The notes under the pieces: generated by a model | Database searches by the model: none | The model's input: the letters and a program-made list of their open reading frames with translations, nothing else | What the model was told of the DNA's origin: nothing | DNA from: Lentisphaerota bacterium | Lineage (GTDB): Bacteria > Verrucomicrobiota > Lentisphaeria > Victivallales > Victivallaceae | Length of the DNA: 64,000 nt | Direction: 5' to 3' | Assembly (NCBI GenBank): GCA_015061805.1 | Contig: SUVV01000009.1 | Coordinates: forward strand, 31,990-95,989 | Shown: piece by piece, positions 19,575-28,434 of the stretch | How the letters are laid out: each line of letters begins with the position of its first letter | How positions within the stretch are numbered: position 1 is the stretch's first letter | Program-made: the position numbers and the translations under genes

Positions 19575-20699
19575 ATGAATGAAACCGTCAATACCCCGAC
19601 TGATATAAAACTGCCTGCCGGAGATAAACTGGTGATCAGTTCATCTCCACACTTGAGCAGCGGTTCCTCCTTGCGTAAAATCATGGGCGGTGTACTGCTG
19701 GCATTATTGCCGCAGATCATCGCTTCGACCTGGCTGTTCGGTTTCCGGGCACTGGGTATCATCATCTACACCGCACTCTGCTGTGTCGCCGCCGAAGCGC
19801 TCTGGTGCAAACTTGCCGCCAAAGATGTCTGGCGCAATATTTCCGATTGTTCGGCGGTGGTCACCGGAGTCCTGCTGGCGATGTGTCTGCCGGTATCGAT
19901 TCCGCTTTATGTCCCGCCGATCGGTGCCTTGCTTGCCATCTGGCTGGGAAAACAGATCTACGGCGGAATCGGCAACAATCCTTTCAACCCGGCACTGGTG
20001 GCGCGGGTGGGATTGCTTATTGCCCTGCCGGCGGCGATGACCTTCTGGACGCCCTCCCGGGGCATGAAGTCGGCAGAATACCCGGAAATCGAACGCTTCT
20101 ACTCCGCCGAAGCCATGGAAAAAATCAAATCCGGAGCCGATCTGGACGGTGTCAGCTGCGCCACCCCCCTCGGGATCGTCGGCACGACTGCCAAGATTTG
20201 CAACAATTCTCCGGAAGCCGAAGCGAACTTTGCCGATATTTCCGGTATCGCTCTGCAGAAGCGTTACTTCTGGGGAGACCGCGCCGGATGTCTCGGTGAA
20301 ACCTGTGTCCCGGCACTGCTGTTGGGATTCGTGATCCTGGTCGCGCTCAACCTGATCAACTGGTGTGTGCCGCTGATGTTTGTCGGCACAGTGGCGCTGT
20401 TGACCGGTATTATCAATATCGCATTTCCCGGAGTAACACCGTATGCCATATTCCACATTTTCAACGGCGGTCTGCTTTTGGGTGCGATCTTCATGGCGAC
20501 CGACATGGTCACCAGCCCCATCACCGGCAGAGGCTGTTTCTTTTTTGCCATCGGTTGCGGGGTGCTTACCACCGTTATCCGGGTCTGGGGAAATTACCCG
20601 GAAGGGGTAAGTTTCGCAATTCTGTTTATGAACTCTCTGGTGCCGCTGATCGACCGCTGGTTCAGCAAGCGCCCATTCGGCTATGTCCCCAAGCGTTGA
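19575..20699 (+). CDS. rnfD: Rnf complex subunit D
   Basis: Polytopic NqrB/RnfD-family protein. DGVSCATPLG occupies the position of the flavinylation motif, and FMATDMVTSP is also present. Confidence 0.9.
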   Translation: MNETVNTPTDIKLPAGDKLVISSSPHLSSGSSLRKIMGGVLLALLPQIIASTWLFGFRALGIIIYTALCCVAAEALWCKLAAKDVWRNISDCSAVVTGVLLAMCLPVSIPLYVPPIGALLAIWLGKQIYGGIGNNPFNPALVARVGLLIALPAAMTFWTPSRGMKSAEYPEIERFYSAEAMEKIKSGADLDGVSCATPLGIVGTTAKICNNSPEAEANFADISGIALQKRYFWGDRAGCLGETCVPALLLGFVILVALNLINWCVPLMFVGTVALLTGIINIAFPGVTPYAIFHIFNGGLLLGAIFMATDMVTSPITGRGCFFFAIGCGVLTTVIRVWGNYPEGVSFAILFMNSLVPLIDRWFSKRPFGYVPKR

Positions 20700-20712
20700 A
20701 AGGTGTTGTACA

Positions 20713-21363
20713 ATGACTCTTCGCAACAGTGAAAAAATCTGGGTGCTTGCCCTCTTTCTCGGCGTTACCGGTGTGCTGGCGGCGCTTATTCTTGCCGTAA
20801 CTTCCCGACTTACCGCCGAACCGATCCGGCAGGCAATGCTCCGCAATGAACTCAAAATGCTCAAAGAACTCGATCTGCCCGACTTCGACAATGACATGAC
20901 CGCAGATGTGTTCACCGTCGGAGGCGTCGAATACATGGCGGCAAGCTGTAATGGTAAAATCGTCGGGTTCGCCGCCCGCGCTCAAAATAACAGCGGTTAC
21001 AGCGGCCTTTTGAAATCACTGGTAAGTTTCGACGTCAACGGCAATATCCTCGCCGTGCAGATCGTTGAACACAAAGAAACTCCCGGTCTGGGCGCCGCCG
21101 TTTGCGAACGGAAATTCCAAAAGACCATTTTCAATCTGTTCCAACAGCCGCCGGCAGGGCTGCCTCCCAACGCGATACTTGATCAATTCCGGGGAAAAAA
21201 TGCCGCTGACAGCGGCAATTGGAGCATTACCAAGGATGGCGGAACTTTCGCTTTCCGTACCGGCGCTACCGTCACCAGCCGCGCAGTTACCGCAATGGTG
21301 AATTCCGCAGCCGTCAATTTCAATAAAGCTAAAGCATATTTTGCCAAAGGAGCAGTAAAATGA
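20713..21363 (+). CDS. rnfG: Rnf complex subunit G (FMN-binding)
   Basis: N-terminal membrane anchor, HKETPGLG motif and TGATVTSRAV flavinylation motif. The ATG at 20713 is preferred to the ORF-track start. Confidence 0.9.
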   Translation: MTLRNSEKIWVLALFLGVTGVLAALILAVTSRLTAEPIRQAMLRNELKMLKELDLPDFDNDMTADVFTVGGVEYMAASCNGKIVGFAARAQNNSGYSGLLKSLVSFDVNGNILAVQIVEHKETPGLGAAVCERKFQKTIFNLFQQPPAGLPPNAILDQFRGKNAADSGNWSITKDGGTFAFRTGATVTSRAVTAMVNSAAVNFNKAKAYFAKGAVK

Positions 21364-22028
21364 AAAATTCTCTGTGGCACGATTTTATAAAAGGTATATG
21401 GAGCGAAAATCCGGTGCTGGTACTCCTGCTCGGCACCTGCCCGACTCTCGCAGTCACCAGCAGCGCCACCAACGGATTGAGCATGGGACTTGCCACCACC
21501 TGCGTTCTTATCGGCAGCAATGCCGTCATCAGTCTGATTGCCGGAATCACGCCGCAAAAAATCCGTATCCCGGTCTATATCGTAGTGATCGCCACCTTTG
21601 TTACCGTGGTCAATATGCTTATGCAAGCGTATGCGCCGCCGGAATTGTGCCAATCACTGGGTATTTTCATCCCGCTGATCGTCGTGAACTGTATCGTGCT
21701 GGGACGGGCGGAGGCATTCGCCGCCAAACACGGTGTATTCCGTTCCATGCTGGACGGTGCCGGAATGGGACTCGGATTCGCTCTGACCTTGACCATGCTC
21801 GGCGCGATACGGGAATTTCTGAGCAGTGGTTCGGTTTTTGAAATCAAGATCATCACCGCATGGACGACCGACTTTCTGCTGCCGTCAGCGGCGCCGGGGG
21901 CGTTTATTATCGTCGGCGGAATTCTGGCATTCAAGAATTTCTGCAGTCAGCGTGCCGCAATCAAGCAGGGAAAACTCTACGTTCCCCCCAAGGGACTGGA
22001 TTGCCGCCGCTGCCGTATTTGTAAATAG
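21360..22028 (+). CDS. rnfE: Rnf complex subunit E
   Basis: LLLGTCPTLAVTS and IPLIVVNCIVLGRAEAFA motifs (RnfE/NqrD family). ATGA overlap with rnfG. Confidence 0.9.
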   Translation: MKNSLWHDFIKGIWSENPVLVLLLGTCPTLAVTSSATNGLSMGLATTCVLIGSNAVISLIAGITPQKIRIPVYIVVIATFVTVVNMLMQAYAPPELCQSLGIFIPLIVVNCIVLGRAEAFAAKHGVFRSMLDGAGMGLGFALTLTMLGAIREFLSSGSVFEIKIITAWTTDFLLPSAAPGAFIIVGGILAFKNFCSQRAAIKQGKLYVPPKGLDCRRCRICK

Positions 22029-22065
22029 GCGCCTTGGCGCGGGCAATCTATCTGCCTTATAACGC

Positions 22066-22117
22066 AACTGCCCCATGCCTGCCGGACTTGACAGTCCGGC
22101 AGGCATGGGGCAGTTTT
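22066..22117. terminator. Bidirectional intrinsic terminator between convergent rnfE and nadA
   Basis: Perfect 21-bp stem ctgccccatgcctgccggact / tgac / agtccggcaggcatggggcag (22068..22113), followed by tttt on the plus strand and preceded by aa. Confidence 0.8.
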
Positions 22118-22130
22118 GTGCGCGATGGGA

Positions 22131-23042
22131 TTACTTCACATCCAGCATCCGGCGGATGGCGCCTTCGGCGGAATTTATCATATCCTGCGGCAGAATCACC
22201 TCATCTTTACCGGTACGCAAAGCTCTTTCAACATCGGCAAGAGTCAATTTTTTCATATCGGTACAGAGAATTTCCGGCTGCAGCAGATGGAACTTTTTCT
22301 CCGGATTGGCAAGCATCATCCGGTAAAGGATTCCGCTTTCCGTTCCGACCGTGAATTCATCATGTTCAGAGGCGGTAACATAATTGAGCATCGCTCCGGT
22401 ACTCAACGCCTGATCGGCGGCACTTACCACCTCCGGACGGCATTCCGGATGAACCAATATCTGCGCATCGGGATATTTCTTACGCATATCAGTGATCATC
22501 TCCACGGTGACTGCATCGTGAACCGGACAGCAGCCGTGCCACAATTCCATCGGACGGTTGAGTTTATTGATCAGGTTGGCGCCCAGATTGCGGTCGGGCA
22601 GGAACATGATCTTGCGGTCCGCCGGGATGGAAGAGACGATCTTTTCCGCATTGCCGCTGGTACAGCAGATATCCACCAGCGCTTTAACTTCTGCCGTCGT
22701 ATTGACATACGCGATAAGCAGGGTGTCCGGATTGGCGGCTTTATACGCTTTAAGTTCATCCGGGTCGACCATATCTGCCATGGGGCATCCGGCATCACTG
22801 CGAACCATTACCACCGTGGCATCCGGCGAAAGAATCTTGGCGGTTTCCGCCATAAATCTCACACCGCAGACGATCAGCATTTTGGCATCAGCGGCGGCGG
22901 CTTTGATACTCAATTCCAGAGAATCTCCGCAAAAATCTGCGATTTCCTGAATTTCTGAAGCAACGTAATTATGTGCGAGAATAAGCGCCTGACGCTCTTT
23001 TCGCAGTTGATTGATCTTTTCAATGAGAATTTGCTTATCCAT
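22131..23042 (-). CDS. nadA: Quinolinate synthase
   Basis: 303 aa with LILAHNY, VRFMAETAKIL and VHPECRPEV motifs typical of NadA. Confidence 0.9.
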   Translation of the reverse strand: MDKQILIEKINQLRKERQALILAHNYVASEIQEIADFCGDSLELSIKAAAADAKMLIVCGVRFMAETAKILSPDATVVMVRSDAGCPMADMVDPDELKAYKAANPDTLLIAYVNTTAEVKALVDICCTSGNAEKIVSSIPADRKIMFLPDRNLGANLINKLNRPMELWHGCCPVHDAVTVEMITDMRKKYPDAQILVHPECRPEVVSAADQALSTGAMLNYVTASEHDEFTVGTESGILYRMMLANPEKKFHLLQPEILCTDMKKLTLADVERALRTGKDEVILPQDMINSAEGAIRRMLDVK

Positions 23043-23883
23043 TGTTTACATTCTCCTTTTGCTGTAATTGCCGGGCAATCGCGACAAAATCGGTGACTTG
23101 CAATTTATCCGGCCGGATCTCCATCGGCAGACCGAGTTGCGCGAACACTTCCGCAACCTCCGTTTTGCCGAACATCTGTCCGAGAACTTTACCCAACTGC
23201 TTACGGCGCTGATTGAATGCCGTACGCACCACCCGGGAAACCATCCGGTTTTCCTCATCATTGCACAGCGGTTCCCCGCGCAATTCAAAGGATATCAGCG
23301 CCGATTCCACCTCCGGCGGCGGGCAGAAAACTTCCGGCGGCACGATCTTTTCGATCTTCACCTTGTAGAGCAGCTGAACCCGCACCGAAAGCGCGCCGTA
23401 GGCTTTGGTATCAGGAACCGCCGCGAGCCGTTCCGCCATCTCTTTCTGCAGCATGAAAAACATACTGCGCGGGCGGTTGCGGCACTCCAGCAGTTTGGCA
23501 ATGAAAACCGAACTTATCGCATAAGGCAGATTGGCAACCGACCGGTAGGGAGTGCCGTCAGGGAAAAGTTCGTCATAATCCACCCGGCAGGCATCGGCTT
23601 CGATCAAACGGAATTTGCCTGCGGCAGAAAATTTTTCCAAATTGTAGGCGGCAAGGCGATGGTCAAATTCGATCGCAGTCAGGTCGGCTCCGGCGGCAAG
23701 CAGCCGGGAAGTCAGCGCACCGAAACCGGGTCCCACCTCCAGAATCCGGTCACCGGGACTGACTTTTGCGGCACGGACGATCCAATCCAGCAGATTACCG
23801 TCCAGCAAAAAATTCTGTCCCAGACCGCGGCCGGGGCGCATTCCGAGTTTTTCCAACTCGGCAATAAGTTCTTTTTTGTTCAT
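23035..23883 (-). CDS. rsmA: 16S rRNA (adenine1518/1519-N6)-dimethyltransferase
   Basis: GQNFLLD motif, SAM-binding LEVGPGFGALT and NLPY motif. The ATG at 23883 gives the MNKKELIA start. Confidence 0.9.
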   Translation of the reverse strand: MNKKELIAELEKLGMRPGRGLGQNFLLDGNLLDWIVRAAKVSPGDRILEVGPGFGALTSRLLAAGADLTAIEFDHRLAAYNLEKFSAAGKFRLIEADACRVDYDELFPDGTPYRSVANLPYAISSVFIAKLLECRNRPRSMFFMLQKEMAERLAAVPDTKAYGALSVRVQLLYKVKIEKIVPPEVFCPPPEVESALISFELRGEPLCNDEENRMVSRVVRTAFNQRRKQLGKVLGQMFGKTEVAEVFAQLGLPMEIRPDKLQVTDFVAIARQLQQKENVNNG

Positions 23884-23893
23884 AATTTGAAAT

Positions 23894-24127
23894 TCAATGT
23901 TTGTGTCCGCAACTTCCGGCACAGCAGCAACCGCCGGAACTTGCCGGGCAATGGCTGCTCATTGCGCAGCTGTTTTTGGACTTTGAAGAGATAGCTCCAA
24001 TCAGATTCAACTGCTTTTCCAACTGTTCCGAACCGCATCCCGGACATTCCGCCGGGGAATCAAAACGGGGCAGGAGCAATTCAAATTCAGCTTGGCACTC
24101 AAGGCATTTATAACGATATATCGGCAT
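23894..24127 (-). CDS. FmdB-family zinc-ribbon protein
   Basis: MPIYRYKCLECQAEFE...CPGCGS (CxxC-x-CxxC zinc ribbon) with a Cys/Gly-rich tail, 77 aa. Confidence 0.75.
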   Translation of the reverse strand: MPIYRYKCLECQAEFELLLPRFDSPAECPGCGSEQLEKQLNLIGAISSKSKNSCAMSSHCPASSGGCCCAGSCGHKH

Positions 24128-24129
24128 GA

Positions 24130-25353
24130 TCAGCGAACTCCGTTTTTATCAGTCAGCAGTACAATACTTTTACGTCCCCGGCGTCCCTGCAGCGCAAGTT
24201 TGAATACGTTACCGCGATCGTCGACCAGAATCGTTTCGACCGGCTTCGTGGTTCGCGGGAAAATATACAAGGTCTTATTGCGGCTGATCGGCCGCATGGC
24301 AGACGGCGTGTAAAAATGTTTCACTGAACACTCCGGCAGGACAATATTGTTTATCCTTGAACGGTTTCCGGTACCGATAAGCACGCTCTTATCCGGCAGT
24401 ATGCAGCCGTACGGTTCCACACGGAAATCAAGCGGGACGATGCCGCCGGAACTGATAACCAGGCCCTTGCCGTCACGGTCTTGAAGCAGCATTCCATTGG
24501 CGATCATCGGCAGTGAAAGCTGCCACTCCGGAGAGAATTCCCCCGGCAATGTCATGCTTCGCTCCAGAAACAATGAATCGCGGCTGATGGAGAAAAATTC
24601 ACAAATACCGCTGCCGCAGGCAATGATATTACTGGTAAGCGGATTGTAACTCAAGCACAATACCGGTTTTTTGGCATCGCAATAGCGGGGTTCTTTCTCC
24701 GGCTCATCCAAGTTCACTTCAGCGAAACTGCTGTTATCCTTGAAAGAGAGCCAGACCCGGCTGCCATCGGTGCAAAGCGAGGTGATCTCTTTATCAAATC
24801 CGGGCCCGATCCGGGTAACAGTTTTACGCTTCAAATCGATCAGCAGCAGACTGTTCATACTTTTGAAAGCACTCTGTCCCTGCTGGATCGCCAGAATTTT
24901 ATGATTCATTCCGGGAACGGTGAATATCTGCCGGATCCGGCGGTTTTCCAGAGTCATGCCGCCGCAAATCTTGTTGTTGAGGATATTGATAAAGACCAGC
25001 CGGGTCGAATTGGGCTGATCGTTGCCGCCGACACGTTCAGCGATGATCAGCAGACTTTCATCCAGCGAAAGCACCGCGCCGACGATATCCGCCTGACCGG
25101 AAATCCTTGAAGTATCTGCTGACGGTTTCCAGTTGAACATAACCCCGTTTTCGCTCAAATTGTAAGCCAGCAATCCCGGCGGAGTCGAAGCGTTGTTCAC
25201 CACGCCCGGAGCACTGACCTTTTCCCATATTCCGGTCGGATTCACCGTTACAGAAACATCATTCCAGTCATAATGGATTTTAGGAGCATCTGCACAGAGA
25301 ACCAAAGTGAAAAATGCAGTTGCCAACAAGGTAAAAATTTTGTTATTCAACAT
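24130..25353 (-). CDS. Hypothetical secreted protein (possibly beta-propeller-like)
   Basis: MLNNKIFTLLATAFFTLVLCADA is a signal peptide. The ATG at 25353 is preceded by GGGATGGG. No motif recognised by eye. The sequence is rich in beta-strand-like segments. Confidence 0.5.
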   Translation of the reverse strand: MLNNKIFTLLATAFFTLVLCADAPKIHYDWNDVSVTVNPTGIWEKVSAPGVVNNASTPPGLLAYNLSENGVMFNWKPSADTSRISGQADIVGAVLSLDESLLIIAERVGGNDQPNSTRLVFINILNNKICGGMTLENRRIRQIFTVPGMNHKILAIQQGQSAFKSMNSLLLIDLKRKTVTRIGPGFDKEITSLCTDGSRVWLSFKDNSSFAEVNLDEPEKEPRYCDAKKPVLCLSYNPLTSNIIACGSGICEFFSISRDSLFLERSMTLPGEFSPEWQLSLPMIANGMLLQDRDGKGLVISSGGIVPLDFRVEPYGCILPDKSVLIGTGNRSRINNIVLPECSVKHFYTPSAMRPISRNKTLYIFPRTTKPVETILVDDRGNVFKLALQGRRGRKSIVLLTDKNGVR

Positions 25354-25380
25354 TTTCCCATCCCTTCTGCTCATGCGGAT

Positions 25381-25409
25381 TTGACAAAGTTTTTTCCCGC
25401 CGTTATATT
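25381..25409 (+). promoter_or_regulatory. Sigma70-like promoter candidate for the PAS histidine kinase gene
   Basis: TTGACA (25381..25386), a 17-nt spacer, then TATATT (25404..25409). Confidence 0.4.
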
Positions 25410-25500
25410 AATAAAGGTGTGAGTTTCGACTGTTTTTGCTTCCGAAACCCGCGTTATTACAACCCAACAGATAATATAGCACAAATTGCAGAAAATAAAA

Positions 25501-26655
25501 ATGGCAGTAAGAAAAAAATTTATTGATCGGTTCAGCGAACGTTTTGATGACCTCGACTCCGGAAGCCGTCAGGCATATCTGCTCCGCCTGGTGCGGGAAC
25601 GGGGATTCTTTGAAACGGTTTTCAACGCCATCGATGACGGAATACTGGTCATCGACCGGGAACTGAAACTGAACTATTTCAACCGTGCCGCCGAAAAATT
25701 GCTCGCACTGCCGGCAGACACCTCCAATATCCGGCTTTCCAGACTGCTTCCCGGTATCGAATGGGAGCGGCTTCTGCACAGTGAAGATGACAAGTGGCAT
25801 CAGGTCGTCCAGCAGGAACTTGAAATTCTCTACCCGGAATCCCGTTATATTCAATTTTACCTCACGCCCCTCGCCGATGAAACCGGACTTGCCGCCGTCA
25901 TCCTGCATGATGTCACCGAAAACCGCCGCCGTACCGGAGCTGAACTGGAACGGGAAACTGTCAAAGCCGTTTCCATCCTCGCCGCCGGTGTCGCCCATGA
26001 AATCGGCAATCCGCTCAACAGCCTCTATCTCAATCTGCAGATACTTGAAGAATCCATCAAATCGCCCGACAGTCAGCACTGTGACCCCGCAGAGATCGTT
26101 TCCATGCTGGATATCTGCAAAAGCGAAGTCGAACGTCTGGACAGTATCATCCACTCTTTCCTCTCCGCCATCCGCCCCGGCAAGGGCAATTTCGCGCCGG
26201 TCGACCTGCAGGAACTGGTGATCGAAGTGCTGAACTTCATGCGTCCGGAGATCGAAGCGCGCAAGGTGGAGGTCAAGTGTTCATGGAATACCGGTCTGCC
26301 CAAGATCTCCGGCGACCACGAACAATTGAAACAGGCTTTTTACAACATCATCCGCAACGCCGTTCAAGCAATGAGCAACGGCGGAACTCTGGAGATTTTC
26401 GGCTATTCCACCCCGGAATTCCGGGTTCTGGAATTTGCCGATTCCGGCAGAGGCATGACCCCGGAAGCGTTGCGGGATATGTTCATACCCTTCAAGACCA
26501 CCAAAGCCGGGGGAAATGGAATCGGCACCATGATCATCGAACGGGTGTGCCGTGAACATGGTGCCGAATTCGGAGTGGTGACTGAAGCTGACCGGGGAAC
26601 CGTTTTCCAACTCCGCTTCCCCGCCGGGACCCGCCGGGTCCGTCTGCTCAACTGA
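25501..26655 (+). CDS. PAS-domain sensor histidine kinase (NtrB/AtoS-like), orphan
   Basis: PAS-like N-terminus (ETVFNAIDDGILVIDREL), H-box AAGVAHEIGNPLN, N-box IIRNAVQAM and G-boxes DSGRGM and GGNGIGT. No response regulator is adjacent. Confidence 0.85.
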   Translation: MAVRKKFIDRFSERFDDLDSGSRQAYLLRLVRERGFFETVFNAIDDGILVIDRELKLNYFNRAAEKLLALPADTSNIRLSRLLPGIEWERLLHSEDDKWHQVVQQELEILYPESRYIQFYLTPLADETGLAAVILHDVTENRRRTGAELERETVKAVSILAAGVAHEIGNPLNSLYLNLQILEESIKSPDSQHCDPAEIVSMLDICKSEVERLDSIIHSFLSAIRPGKGNFAPVDLQELVIEVLNFMRPEIEARKVEVKCSWNTGLPKISGDHEQLKQAFYNIIRNAVQAMSNGGTLEIFGYSTPEFRVLEFADSGRGMTPEALRDMFIPFKTTKAGGNGIGTMIIERVCREHGAEFGVVTEADRGTVFQLRFPAGTRRVRLLN

Positions 26656-26663
26656 ACGGCAGT

Positions 26664-27320
26664 TTATCTTGACGTTTTCTTATCCTGCTTGCGGAATAAT
26701 TTGTGCTGCTGACGTAATTTCAGCACCGTGTAGCGCAAATCGGAAACATATTTGTAAAACGATTCAGCTATCTTGATCAAATCCTCTTTAGATCCGCTGC
26801 CGATATTCCGGTTGGTGCGGATACGCCGCTCGATCAACCGGATATTTTCATCCCGGACTTCGTCAAGAAAGGCGCGGTAATCTTCAAGATCCAACTCCTC
26901 ATAAGGGATCAAGCCCCGTCTGGAGTTGCGTTTCTGCTCTCTGGCGACCTTCTGACGGAAAACGGTCAAGTTGCTTTTTTTCAGCGTCGGCATCGTTATA
27001 TTCGCTTTGCGGTAAGAGGGCAGCTGACGATCCAGCATGGAGTTGATACGAACCGAACTGTTGATGAAATCACCGGTATTGTGCGGAATACCGGCAACGA
27101 ATTCCGCCTGATGAATCTTTCTGGCAATGGTGTTCAATGACAGGACGACCTTCTTGTAGCCCGCCCGGGAACTTTCAGAACTGCTGAACATCGCCCGCCA
27201 GAAACCGGCTTCCACCCGGTCAAGCGCCCGCGCATAATCATCAAGATCATCCGCCCGGACCGGAAGAACCGCCGCCATCAATACTGCCGCTGCGGCAAAG
27301 ATTCGGCTGATCTGTTTCAT
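26664..27320 (-). CDS. Hypothetical secreted, charged helical protein
   Basis: Signal peptide MKQISRIFAAAAVLMAAVLPVRAD, with the remainder rich in R/K/E. It is the last gene of a long co-directional string. No recognisable domain. Confidence 0.5.
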   Translation of the reverse strand: MKQISRIFAAAAVLMAAVLPVRADDLDDYARALDRVEAGFWRAMFSSSESSRAGYKKVVLSLNTIARKIHQAEFVAGIPHNTGDFINSSVRINSMLDRQLPSYRKANITMPTLKKSNLTVFRQKVAREQKRNSRRGLIPYEELDLEDYRAFLDEVRDENIRLIERRIRTNRNIGSGSKEDLIKIAESFYKYVSDLRYTVLKLRQQHKLFRKQDKKTSR

Positions 27321-27322
27321 AA

Positions 27323-27754
27323 TTATTTCTCCTCAAGTGCCGCAGCGATCTTACCGGCGATCTCAGCCGCCATTGCCGCCGCCTGACCATCGGCGTAATT
27401 GAGTTGGCGCCAATTCCAGCGGAAATTGTCCTCCACACCTCTGGGAACAACGTGCATGTGGGCATGCATGACCACCTGACCGGCAGCTGTACCATCTGCC
27501 AGATGAAGGTTGTAAGCGTCATACTCTTCACGGCGTTTGAGCACGATTCCGATGCGGGAAGCAACTTTGAGCATTCTGCCTGCGACATTTTCCGGAACCG
27601 TTGACACCGACTGGTGGTGTTCTTTCGGGATCACCAGCACATGACCGTAGTTGATGGGACCGATATCGAGAAATGCCACGATCAACTCATCTTCATAGAC
27701 CTTTGCCGCCGGGATTTCACCATTGACGATTTTACAAAAAATACATTCTCCCAT
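27323..27754 (-). CDS. HIT-family (histidine triad) protein
   Basis: CIFCKI zinc-binding N-terminus and histidine triad HAHMHVVPR, 143 aa. Confidence 0.85.
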   Translation of the reverse strand: MGECIFCKIVNGEIPAAKVYEDELIVAFLDIGPINYGHVLVIPKEHHQSVSTVPENVAGRMLKVASRIGIVLKRREEYDAYNLHLADGTAAGQVVMHAHMHVVPRGVEDNFRWNWRQLNYADGQAAAMAAEIAGKIAAALEEK

Positions 27755-27758
27755 GATC

Positions 27759-28412
27759 TCAACGCTCCTTGAACAATTCGATTATTGCTTTTTCTCCACC
27801 GAATACAGTCAACTGATCTCCCGGAGCAAGCACGGTATCCGGTCCTACCGAACACTCATTGGCTCCGCTCTTGCAGACCAGAAGCACTGTAATATTGTAC
27901 TTGTTTCTCAAATCCAGTTCCCGCAGCGGCTTGCCGCAAAGATGGGACGGAACCACCACATCGGCGATCGCAGAACCGCGGAATTCAAAAATATCGGTAA
28001 TGTTGGACAGCGAAAGCCGCCGGGAAAGCCGTTCGGCTACGTCCAATTCCGGCTGGATGACTTCATCCGCGCCCAGACGGTACAGAATACGCTCCTGGAT
28101 CGTACTGTTGGATTTGACCACGACCTTTTTGGCGCCCTCCTGCTTGAGCAGAGTCAGCGCCAGCACCTGGTCTTCAAAATATCCGCTCATACTCAATATG
28201 ACCGCATCGAATTTACTGACATTGAGTTCTTTGACCACATCTTCATTACTGACATCGCCGATGACAGCTTCGGTCACTTTGTCGCGGAGTTCGTTGATCC
28301 GCTGGGGATTACTGTCGCAAATCAGAACGGTATTGCCCTGACGGGTCAATGCAAGCGCAAGTTTACTCCCGAAAGATCCCATCCCGAATACTGCATAACT
28401 GTTTCTTGCCAT
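27759..28412 (-). CDS. trkA: Trk/Ktr potassium uptake system, NAD-binding peripheral subunit
   Basis: Rossmann motif AVFGMGSFGSKLA (TrkA-N) plus a C-terminal TrkA-C domain, 217 aa. Adjacent to trkH. Confidence 0.85.
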   Translation of the reverse strand: MARNSYAVFGMGSFGSKLALALTRQGNTVLICDSNPQRINELRDKVTEAVIGDVSNEDVVKELNVSKFDAVILSMSGYFEDQVLALTLLKQEGAKKVVVKSNSTIQERILYRLGADEVIQPELDVAERLSRRLSLSNITDIFEFRGSAIADVVVPSHLCGKPLRELDLRNKYNITVLLVCKSGANECSVGPDTVLAPGDQLTVFGGEKAIIELFKER

Positions 28413-28434
28413 AAAATATCCTGCCTTTTTTCCT

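Noticed and set aside
19704-20936. 410-aa minus-strand ORF opposite rnfD/rnfG; similar shadows lie at 17188..18234, 11156..12280, 48550..49509, 22116..22958, 62586..63452 and 84..944
   Set aside because: Each overlaps a confidently identified gene on the other strand. None shows conserved motifs. The long open antisense frames are explained by the codon bias of the real genes.
21885-22326. Small ORFs 21885..22106 (-), 22034..22354 (+) and 22075..22326 (+) around the rnfE/nadA gap
   Set aside because: They arise from the 21-bp perfect palindrome (mirror peptides MPAGL.SPAGMGQ on both strands) and from the antisense strand of nadA.
26656-26663. Convergent histidine kinase and orphan secreted-protein genes separated by only 8 nt, with no room for a terminator
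   Set aside because: Tight convergent ends are common in compact genomes. No structure or motif is present, so there is nothing further to test.
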